Source: Micromonas sp.
Taxonomy: Eukaryota
NCBI GenBank assembly: GCA_000090985.2
Contig: CP001330.1
Coordinates: forward strand, 1,113,874-1,145,873
Reading direction: 5' to 3'
Length of the DNA: 32,000 nt
A program made the position numbers and the translations under genes. Below, one piece after another: positions 25,042 through 32,000 of the stretch. Position 1 is the stretch's first letter; each line of letters begins with the position of its first letter. A model generated the notes under the pieces. The model was given only the letters and a program-made list of their open reading frames with translations, was not told the origin of the DNA and searched no databases.

Positions 25042-26301
25042 ATGGCTGGGCGGTGCGGACTGCGCGGAACGGTTGCTTGGCTCCTCATCGCCACACTCGT
25101 GATCGAGGTGCTCAAGCGCGGCGGCGAGCGTAGGGACGGCGGGGCGGGCGCCGTGTCGGGCGTCCGCGAGCGGGAACCTTTCTCCCTGCATCGGCAACAC
25201 CACTCGGTCGACACGCACGAGGGGCTCCGGGTCGTGCCCGCGCGCCATGAACGACGGAATGCAGCGTTCGGTCTCGACGGGAGAGTAGCGTCCGGCGCGA
25301 GCAAGACCGTGCCATCTGCCGATACCACGTCCCCAAAGGAAGATGCTCCGAGGTATGGGACGGCTGGGGGTGACAAAGTCAAGGGGACGTGCACCGGTGA
25401 AGCTCATCTGGAGCTCGCCGGAGACGTCGTGGTTTGGGGCGCGGATCACAAAGTAGCAGACGCCGCGGCTTGCTGCGAGCGTTGTCGTTCGAAAGACGGG
25501 TGTAACGTTTGGGTCTTCTGCGGTGACGCGGAAGGCTGCGGCGCGAAGGTTGGCCAGTGCTGGCTGAAGCGGCAGACTCTGTACGAGGGCCTTCCCCCGG
25601 GGGCGATGTCTCGGGGTGACGGTACGCCGTGGATGTCGGGCCACCTGCCGAGATACTCGGACCCTAAAGATGACCCGACGGGAGGTGTCGACGTGGAGAT
25701 GAGAAAGGTGGACATCGCGCTGGTCGAGTCGACTCCTCCGGCTCGACCGCGGGAGTGCGGCTCGCCCGCGGTTGACGGGTACTCGCACGTGGTTCCCGAC
25801 TGCCTGGTCAAATCACGCACCAACGTCGAGTTCGATCGGTCGGAAGCGGCGCGGTCAGAGCAGGTGGCGTGGTACGAGGAACACGCGAGCTACGACGGTT
25901 TGGCGGTGGCGTGGGGAATAGGACACAGAAAACCGACGGCGGCGGCTTGCGCGGCGGCTTGTCGGGCACACAAACCTGGACCTCCTCACCACGGTCCGTT
26001 CGCTGATTTGCCCTGCAACGCGTGGGTTTGGTGTCCGGTGATGGAGACGAAAGGATGCTTCGAACCGGACGCGCACACCCACGGACCCGGGGACTGTTGG
26101 CTCAAGTTCACGGAGACGCCGGAGAACGTGGAGGTGAATCAACGGGGCGCGAACGACGCGCCGGGGACGGTCAAGGATGGCGCGACGTACAGGAAAAGGC
26201 ACCCAGACGCTCCGAGGTTGGCGCACTGGACCAGCGGGGTGATGCTGCCGCCGGGATGGACGCCGTCGAACGGGACGTACGGTCCTAGGGCGACGTGGTA
26301 G
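25042..26301 (+). CDS. Signal-anchor/secretory protein with two PAN/Apple-like cysteine modules
   Basis: The track ORF starts at a GTG (24862), which overlaps the divergent LRR gene. The ATG at 25042 gives MAGRCGLRGTVAWLLIATLVIEVL, a hydrophobic anchor. Two related modules follow: AACCERCRSKDGCNVWVFCGDAEGCGAKVGQCWLK and AACAAACRAHK...CNAWVWCPVMETKGCFEPDAHTHGPGDCWLK. Confidence 0.65.
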   Translation: MAGRCGLRGTVAWLLIATLVIEVLKRGGERRDGGAGAVSGVREREPFSLHRQHHSVDTHEGLRVVPARHERRNAAFGLDGRVASGASKTVPSADTTSPKEDAPRYGTAGGDKVKGTCTGEAHLELAGDVVVWGADHKVADAAACCERCRSKDGCNVWVFCGDAEGCGAKVGQCWLKRQTLYEGLPPGAMSRGDGTPWMSGHLPRYSDPKDDPTGGVDVEMRKVDIALVESTPPARPRECGSPAVDGYSHVVPDCLVKSRTNVEFDRSEAARSEQVAWYEEHASYDGLAVAWGIGHRKPTAAACAAACRAHKPGPPHHGPFADLPCNAWVWCPVMETKGCFEPDAHTHGPGDCWLKFTETPENVEVNQRGANDAPGTVKDGATYRKRHPDAPRLAHWTSGVMLPPGWTPSNGTYGPRATW

Positions 26302-26468
26302 AGAGCTTAGAGGTGGTTGACCCGAAGGGACCTCCCTTCGACGGTTCTTAGAAGATTATTCGCAGACCTGTTGTACGAAGGTGCCTCGCTTGGTAACAGA
26401 CATCGCTACAGTGTTTGGTCCACTTCATTATCATATCATATGAGGCTCCGGACACTGTGATGTCAGCT

Positions 26469-28616
26469 TCAGTCCCCTTCATCATCCGAGAAATCAAGTG
26501 GTGGCAGCATTGAGAGGTCGAGCGCCGGCACGAGACCGACGCGGGTGACTTTTCCATCACCGCACCTCGGCTCTTGCAGGTTCCCACCAAAGTACCCTGT
26601 GAGCGGATCGCTCGCATCCGAACCCGCGCGAGAAGGAGGAGGCCCAGCATTCGACGCTTCGTTCGCAGCGACGCCAGCCTTGGGAACGGGAACGTCGACA
26701 ACCTTCTCTCTGAACGACCTCACGTCACCGCGTCCGGCTGGTTGCAGCATCGCCGGGGGTTGCATCCGTGTGGGTGGCCTCGGCTGGCGCGCCCGAGGTG
26801 CGCACTTCCTCCACTCCGCCTCAAGCCTGGACGCTCGCTCGAAGTTCCCGAGCCTCTTGTGCGTCTGCGCCAGAGCGCACAGGATGTATCCAGTCTCCCC
26901 GTGGGTGTCGCCTCGTGCTCTCCTGGAGATGGTCAGCGCCCTCTGCAGCCTCTCGACAGCGTCGTGGAGCTGTCCCGCGCGGACCAGACTGGATGCGACA
27001 CGGCAAAGCGCATCCGCAGTCGTCGGGTGCCACGGCCCGTGACGGCGCTCGGCGAGTGACAGAGCGCGCGCCGCGTACACCAGAGCGGCTTCATCGTCAA
27101 AATCGTCTTTTCCATCGTCGTCGTCATCGTACGTGTCGTTAACCTCCGCGTCGATGGCGACACCAGCGGCGTGTAGCGCGCTCAGTACCCTGTATGTCAG
27201 ACGGGCATCGCCGTCCGACACACCCTGCTGGTTCGTGCCGTCCGCGCGCCCGGCTTGTTCGAGAGCTCGAAGGGAGCGAAGAAGAATGGCCTCCTCGTCC
27301 CTCCTTCGCCCGGGCTGAGCTCGCAACGCGCGCGACAGCTGATAGAGCGCGGGAGCAGCCTCCACCGGGTCCGCCTCCTCATCCGCTTCGGCGCTCCGAT
27401 GCAGAGACGCGGGCATGGACGCGGCGAGCACCGCCGCCGCCTTTGAACGTATCCCGCCGACGGCAACGCCAACCTCGACCGCGAGAAGCCTCCGCCACAC
27501 GCTCTCCGCCTTGACAAACTTAAACTCGCGCATCGCCAGCTCAGCCTCTTCCTCCAACCGTCGGGCGTACTCCAGCGCACCGCCGATCGCCCTCTTGCCC
27601 TCGTACTCGTCCCCGTAATTCTCCGCCGGCGAAACGTTTTCGTCGTCGTCGTCGGGCTCGTGGTCATCGTCCAGGCGTCGGTACCTACGCAGCGCAGCCT
27701 CGCGCCTGAGCTCACCGCGTCTGGCGAGCGTCGCCGGGTCGAGCAAGGACGCCGCTGCGAGAACCGCCTCCCGCACACCCTCCTCGCCGGTTAAACGGTC
27801 GAGCTCCGCGCGTTTCTTCGCGGCGAACGCGGAACGGTCCACGCCGTCATCCGTGTTGTACGACAGGAGCTCGGGCACCGCGGGCAGGGGCGGCTCCGGC
27901 CTGAGGTCCACCAGGCCGTCGGGCCGTCTCGGCACGACGTATGATTTAACGCCGTGCGGGTCGTCGTCATCATCATCGCCGTTGGAGGTGAACCTAGGCG
28001 GTGAACCTCGTCCGTCCGCAGCCTTCCGTTCCTCTGCTTTTGCCTTGAGTACGCCCGTCGCGCCCTTGACTTTACTGAACATTTTCCATCGGCCCCTCGC
28101 AGCCTTCGCCGCCTCCTGCCTCTCCCGCTCCTCTCGTTCTTCCTCCTCTCTCCTCGCCCTTTCTCGTTCTTCCTCCTCTCTCCTCGCCCTTTCTCGTTCC
28201 TCCTGCTCGGCTTTCTGCTTCGCCTGGAGTTGCTGCCAGTGCATCCATCGTTCCTGCTCCCAATGTCGCCTGCGGGCGAGTTCGCCCATCAGTATCTGCT
28301 GCTGGCTCAACATGGACTGCGCCAGGACGAGCCGCTGGGTGTGCTCGGGTAGCGCGCTGAGGGTGCCCATTGGGTCTGCCATCATCTCGGCGATGCTGGG
28401 TTGGGTCGCTCTGTGCGGCAATTGCGCGCCGGGAACCTCTTGCGGCCCTACGGGGGCATCGTCGACGGGTCCCGTGAACGTGGGCAACCTCCCTCGGATG
28501 GCGCCGGGATCCTCGCGAGGTGCGGGGGGACCCGCGCGGAACCGCAGGAGCCGCTCGTCGACGCCCCATCCAGGATGCGCAGCGTCGTCATCGTCCTCTC
28601 CGTCGTCGCGATACAT
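26469..28616 (-). CDS. Hypothetical protein with a charged Glu/Arg coiled-coil region, acidic runs and C-terminal TPR-like (kinesin-light-chain-type) repeats
   Basis: A 715-aa ORF from a true ATG (28616..28614). TPR-like segments are present: ALVYAARALSLAERRHGPWHPTTADALCRVASSLVRAGQLHDAVERLQRALTISRRARGDTHGETGYILCALAQTHKRLGNFERA. An internal 30-nt tandem duplication is also present. The family call is tentative. Confidence 0.65.
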   Translation of the reverse strand: MYRDDGEDDDDAAHPGWGVDERLLRFRAGPPAPREDPGAIRGRLPTFTGPVDDAPVGPQEVPGAQLPHRATQPSIAEMMADPMGTLSALPEHTQRLVLAQSMLSQQQILMGELARRRHWEQERWMHWQQLQAKQKAEQEERERARREEEERERARREEEEREERERQEAAKAARGRWKMFSKVKGATGVLKAKAEERKAADGRGSPPRFTSNGDDDDDDPHGVKSYVVPRRPDGLVDLRPEPPLPAVPELLSYNTDDGVDRSAFAAKKRAELDRLTGEEGVREAVLAAASLLDPATLARRGELRREAALRRYRRLDDDHEPDDDDENVSPAENYGDEYEGKRAIGGALEYARRLEEEAELAMREFKFVKAESVWRRLLAVEVGVAVGGIRSKAAAVLAASMPASLHRSAEADEEADPVEAAPALYQLSRALRAQPGRRRDEEAILLRSLRALEQAGRADGTNQQGVSDGDARLTYRVLSALHAAGVAIDAEVNDTYDDDDDGKDDFDDEAALVYAARALSLAERRHGPWHPTTADALCRVASSLVRAGQLHDAVERLQRALTISRRARGDTHGETGYILCALAQTHKRLGNFERASRLEAEWRKCAPRARQPRPPTRMQPPAMLQPAGRGDVRSFREKVVDVPVPKAGVAANEASNAGPPPSRAGSDASDPLTGYFGGNLQEPRCGDGKVTRVGLVPALDLSMLPPLDFSDDEGD
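28132..28205 (-). repeat. 30-nt tandem repeat, about 2.4 copies, within the TPR-like gene (encodes EERERARREE twice)
   Basis: On the plus strand, 28141-28170 and 28171-28200 (tcctcctctctcctcgccctttctcgttc[t/c]) are identical at 29 of 30 positions, with partial units on either side. Confidence 0.9.
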
Positions 28617-28827
28617 CCCTCAACCTGGGATGTATCGCGGAGGCGCGAGGGCCCACCAACACTGGAGAGTAACGCCCCCGACCGTTGCGTGCCGTCTTTT
28701 CGGAGCGGATCGAATTTTTACGGGCTCGTGTTTCGTTCTGGATTCTCGGAGGAGTGGTAGCGTGATCCTCTACCCCTCGCCCGCACATACCGGCGCACGT
28801 GTCACGTCCGCTTGATGGACGCGCATC

Positions 28828-31311
28828 ATGGCGTCTGGATCCTCGTTCTCGAGGTATTCCACCATCGTCCCCGAAGCCATTGAAGGCGGAGAGGATGCGG
28901 GGAACGGTGGAGGCGAGATCGAGTTCAAGGCGGCACCTTCTTCGTCGACGAGCGGTGGGTCCGATCCGTTCGCCGACGCGGCAGCCATCGCCGAGCAAAG
29001 GGATGCCGAGGATGCCGAATTCTTCAACAGCATAAAGAATATGGATGACCTCGTGTCCAAGACCAACCTGCAGTGGGCGCTACGCGAGTCAGGGGAGGTC
29101 GCGAGCGCCGTGGCAGGCGACGCCGCCGGATCGGCGAGCGGCGGCGCGCAGAAGCGGCCGAAGGCTCGCCCTCGCCCGGCCCCGTCGAAGGAATCCGAGC
29201 CTGGGAGGACATCCGGCGACGGCGCAGAGATGTTGAAGGTTTTGAAGAATGCTCCTGTGTCCAACCCGGAACCCTCGCCCGCGCCCGACCCCGCAAAGGC
29301 TCCGCTGGCTTTGGCGCAGGCTCACCTCATCGCAATGCGCGCAAAGTATAAGGTTGTGGAGGCCTTGCTCGAGGACGAGGCAGAGTCCGTGCCGCAGCTG
29401 CAGTCCATCGTTGGCGGCGACATGAGCGGTGAGGATTTTCTGCAAGTGTGCGAGGAGCGAGCGCTGGCCGGCCGGTGCGGTTGGCCGCTCTGCGCGACGT
29501 CGCTACATGCCCAAAAATCCATTCCATCCTCTGCGGGGAGCAAGGCTAAGCCGGGGGGGAAGTATCGGATCGACACCAAGAACCGCAAGGTGTACCTGAA
29601 GGCGTCGCTCGACATGTTCTGCTGCACCGCGCACAGGGTGGAGGCTGAGGATTTCGGCACGACGCTCGCGTTGGACCTGACAGGTGAAGGGGGCGAGGAG
29701 GCAAAGGAAGCTCTGGCGCCCGAGTCGGGTCTGAAGGGAGGTTTCCTGAACGCAGACAAAGGCAAGGAGAAGGCGACGACGAAAACGGAGAGGGATCGGA
29801 AGATTGTCGGGAGAGATCCAGTCAATTTGCCAACCAAGAACGTGGATAAGTCGTTCGGCAACGTCAACCAAAACATTAAGATGGACGTCTTGGAGAAGCG
29901 ACCGCCCCGGGCAACCGAGGCGCAAGCTCCGAAGCCGCCAACGGTGCCGGAGGGCGTGGACGCGGCGGAGGCGGCAAAGATGATCGAAGGATACGTCCCT
30001 AATAAAGGGATCGAGCCGCCAAAGAAGAAAGGTCCGTCCAAGTTTATGCAGATGCGGGCGAAGGAGAAGGAGAAGCAATCTGGGGAGGCGAGCGAAACTG
30101 TTTCGCGATCGGAATCTCCCCAGCCGAAAGGTGTGCTGAAGAGCGGCATGACACCCGGGTTCCTGAAGGAAAAGAAGGAGCCGGCGGCGAAAGGGGTGCG
30201 TTTTGACAAGAAGCTGGAGACGGGACCCACCGGGAGCGAGTACGAGCAGACTGAAGAGGAGATTGCTGACCTCACGACGAGGCAAAAGAACTTTGAGAGT
30301 GCTTCGCAGACTCAGCTCGATGCCGAGCCTCGCGGGAACGGCGGCGGCGCGCAGTTCTACTTTAACGTTTACGAAGAGGGCGGCGTCCACGAACGCACCG
30401 GGAAGAACGTTCCGATGACGGGCATGGGTCAGTTTTCCGAGGGGCAGATCACTCGAGTCATCCCCGCGGGTGCGGATGGATACGTCGACACAGACGAGGA
30501 ATCCGATGAAAAGGACGTGAACGGTGGAGATTTGGCAAATGACGCGCGTGTCAACGGCGCCATGGAGGAGGCGATGCGTGCCGCCGAAGCGGCGGCGCGG
30601 GCCGTGGACGCCGCCGGAGATGACCAAGGGAAGAAAGAGGCGGCGGAGCTTGCGCTGAGCGAGGCGAGAGAGGCGCTTCGACTCGCACTTACCAAGGCGG
30701 GTGGCGAGGAAAGCGGAGACGAAGGCGCGACCACCGACGGAGAGAGCACCGACGGCGAGGGCAGCGAGAGGAACGCGCGAGGGGGAGGACCTCCCGTCTC
30801 GGAATTCGGGTCGACGTGGATGATGATGGACGGATGGGTTACCCGCGCCACTTTCCATCACCTCGGCGCGACCCTGAAGGACGACATGGATGGAACACCG
30901 GAGTTGCCCCCTCGGATCGGATACGCCGTCCAGCAGGCCAACGCCGCCGCGCACGAGATATCCCGCGCATTACCGACCGTGATCCGGACCTTTGGTTTGC
31001 GACAGAGCCCGGCGTCGCTCGAGCAACCACTCGGACGTATGCTGCGAACATTCTTCTTCGATCGCGCTACTCCGAGCTTACGCCCCGAGCGATGGGCACT
31101 TGTCGCGGCGGTGATGTTAGAGGCGATTGCGACGAGGAAGATACGCGCGGATGAGCGTGATGATCGTCCGCCGACGTTCGTAGAGGACATGAACAAGGCG
31201 ATCGGACAGAACGGCGGAATGGCGCGGATCGTGGAAAATGCTAGGTCGACCGAGGACGAGCGTCGGGTGATGCTGGAGCTCCTCAGGGGCGAGTGCGCGG
31301 GAGGATTGTAG
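28828..31311 (+). CDS. RPAP2: RPAP2/Rtr1-family protein (putative RNA polymerase II CTD phosphatase with an Rtr1-type zinc finger) and a long charged extension
   Basis: An 827-aa ORF from a true ATG (28828). The Rtr1/RPAP2 zinc-finger signature reads CEERALAGRCGWPLCATSL...GKYRIDTKNRKVYLKASLDMFCCTAHRVEAEDF. Compare human ERAIVKLCGYPLC...KYKISTKTNKVY....FCSNFC, recalled from memory. Confidence 0.8.
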   Translation: MASGSSFSRYSTIVPEAIEGGEDAGNGGGEIEFKAAPSSSTSGGSDPFADAAAIAEQRDAEDAEFFNSIKNMDDLVSKTNLQWALRESGEVASAVAGDAAGSASGGAQKRPKARPRPAPSKESEPGRTSGDGAEMLKVLKNAPVSNPEPSPAPDPAKAPLALAQAHLIAMRAKYKVVEALLEDEAESVPQLQSIVGGDMSGEDFLQVCEERALAGRCGWPLCATSLHAQKSIPSSAGSKAKPGGKYRIDTKNRKVYLKASLDMFCCTAHRVEAEDFGTTLALDLTGEGGEEAKEALAPESGLKGGFLNADKGKEKATTKTERDRKIVGRDPVNLPTKNVDKSFGNVNQNIKMDVLEKRPPRATEAQAPKPPTVPEGVDAAEAAKMIEGYVPNKGIEPPKKKGPSKFMQMRAKEKEKQSGEASETVSRSESPQPKGVLKSGMTPGFLKEKKEPAAKGVRFDKKLETGPTGSEYEQTEEEIADLTTRQKNFESASQTQLDAEPRGNGGGAQFYFNVYEEGGVHERTGKNVPMTGMGQFSEGQITRVIPAGADGYVDTDEESDEKDVNGGDLANDARVNGAMEEAMRAAEAAARAVDAAGDDQGKKEAAELALSEAREALRLALTKAGGEESGDEGATTDGESTDGEGSERNARGGGPPVSEFGSTWMMMDGWVTRATFHHLGATLKDDMDGTPELPPRIGYAVQQANAAAHEISRALPTVIRTFGLRQSPASLEQPLGRMLRTFFFDRATPSLRPERWALVAAVMLEAIATRKIRADERDDRPPTFVEDMNKAIGQNGGMARIVENARSTEDERRVMLELLRGECAGGL

Positions 31312-31420
31312 CTGCATCACGCAAGGATGCCACCAAAGGTAGACTATTTTTGGGTTGTTGCCAAGTCGGCGGGTGAGTGCAAAATTGATGTCAAACATTT
31401 TTGCGGTGCCGAGCACCCAT

Positions 31421-31681
31421 CTACTCGCGAGCTTCCATGGCTTCCTCCACTCCCCGCCCCGGGGCCCATACCACGTTCCACATGCAGTCCTCATCATCCA
31501 CGACGAACAGTCTAAGCACGTCCGTCGATGTGATCACCGCGATCGGGGCGTCGTCCTCATCGATGACGTACACGTGGTGGATCGAGTGCGTGGCCATCAG
31601 CGCAACTAATCGACCAAGCGTCGTCTCGGCCCTGGCGAAGATGAGCTCGACGAAGGTCCTGCTCGCTGAGTTTCGAGCCAT
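31421..31681 (-). CDS. 86-aa ORF encoding a single CBS motif, starting 24 nt from the telomere array. It is probably the 3' remnant of a truncated CBS-pair gene.
   Basis: The ATG is at 31681..31679. The motif FVELIFARAETTLGRLVALMATHSIHHVYVIDEDDAPIAVITSTDVLRLF fits a CBS motif and resembles the last CBS of SNF4/AMPK-gamma-type proteins. Only one CBS is present, whereas functional Bateman modules need two. Confidence 0.6.
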   Translation of the reverse strand: MARNSASRTFVELIFARAETTLGRLVALMATHSIHHVYVIDEDDAPIAVITSTDVLRLFVVDDEDCMWNVVWAPGRGVEEAMEARE

Positions 31682-31705
31682 ACAGTTTGAAGCATCGGAA
31701 CTAGG

Positions 31706-32000
31706 TTTAGGGTTTAGGGTTTAGGGTTTAGGGTTTAGGGTTTAGGGTTTAGGGTTTAGGGTTTAGGGTTTAGGGTTTAGGGTTTAGGGTTTAGGGTTTA
31801 GGGTTTAGGGTTTAGGGTTTAGGGTTTAGGGTTTAGGGTTTAGGGTTTAGGGTTTAGGGTTTAGGGTTTAGGGTTTAGGGTTTAGGGTTTAGGGTTTAGG
31901 GTTTAGGGTTTAGGGTTTAGGGTTTAGGGTTTAGGGTTTAGGGTTTAGGGTTTAGGGTTTAGGGTTTAGGGTTTAGGGTTTAGGGTTTAGGGTTTAGGGT
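31706..32000 (+). repeat. Telomere array (TTTAGGG)n, about 42 perfect copies, running to the end of the window
   Basis: Read directly from the sequence as uninterrupted tttaggg heptamers from 31706, with a partial ..tagg at 31702-31705. The G-rich strand is on the plus strand and points to the window end, which is the orientation expected at a right-hand chromosome terminus. TTTAGGG is the Arabidopsis-type repeat used by plants and many green algae. Confidence 0.97.

Noticed and set aside
29322-30954. Minus-strand ORFs of 317 aa and 483 aa antisense to the RPAP2-like gene
   Set aside because: Both are low-complexity (Ser/Phe/Pro-rich or Arg/Leu-rich). The plus frame contains the Rtr1-type zinc finger and is continuous for 827 aa from a true ATG.
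1-32000. A prokaryotic-style reading of the window, looking for operons, defence islands, CRISPR arrays, integrases or transposases
   Set aside because: The telomere repeats, spliceosomal introns, an intron-containing tRNA-Tyr with a Pol III terminator, and clearly eukaryotic genes (TTLL, WDR18, LRRC40, RPAP2, mL41, JMJD7) show this is a nuclear chromosome. I found no spaced direct-repeat arrays, inverted terminal repeats or recombinase-like ORFs. The neighbouring bacterial-type genes (RSH, DUF4399, DUF3429, L9) are individually targeted organellar proteins with their own starts, not a co-functional cluster that I can support.

Overview
This window is eukaryotic nuclear DNA, not prokaryotic. 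It is the terminal ~32 kb of a GC-rich chromosome and ends in about 42 perfect copies of the plant/green-alga telomere repeat TTTAGGG (31706-32000), with the G-rich strand running 5'->3' toward the end. Several features fit a mamiellophyte green alga such as Micromonas, though I cannot confirm this without a database search. These are very high third-codon-position GC, tightly packed genes, a few short GT-AG introns with CTRAC branch sites, a flagellar-type tubulin ligase gene, and many plastid- or bacterial-type nuclear genes.

I model 21 protein-coding genes and one intron-containing tRNA-Tyr. The genes are:
- JMJD7-like JmjC protein (partial)
- WDR18/Ipi3 (3 exons)
- coiled-coil protein
- TTLL polyglutamylase
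- plastid ribosomal protein L9 (2 exons)
- small membrane protein
- proline-rich secreted protein
- RSH2/3-type (p)ppGpp synthetase
- theta-class GST (2 exons)
- DUF4399 protein with a twin-arginine signal
- DUF3429 protein with a coiled-coil tail
- SAM-dependent methyltransferase
- ABM-like protein
- mitochondrial ribosomal protein mL41
- acidic hypothetical protein
- LRRC40-like LRR protein
- protein with two PAN/Apple-like modules
- TPR-like protein
- RPAP2/Rtr1 homologue
- single-CBS ORF that abuts the telomere

The supplied ORF track uses bacterial-style alternative start codons and ignores splicing. As a result, many of its starts are wrong, and many long antisense 'shadow' ORFs are artefacts of GC3 bias.

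I found no CRISPR array, no mobile element and no operon-like defence or biosynthetic system, so I do not claim a novel system. The observations most worth following up are:
- the CBS ORF 24 nt from the telomere, which looks like a healed chromosome break
- the RSH gene, which lacks a conserved hydrolase-site histidine
- the tRNA-Tyr with a 76-nt intron and a duplicated 3' end
- the DUF4399 protein predicted to go to the thylakoid lumen
- very short same-strand and convergent gene spacers, which suggest overlapping or polycistronic transcripts
- a 1.08-kb stretch with no annotated gene upstream of RSH
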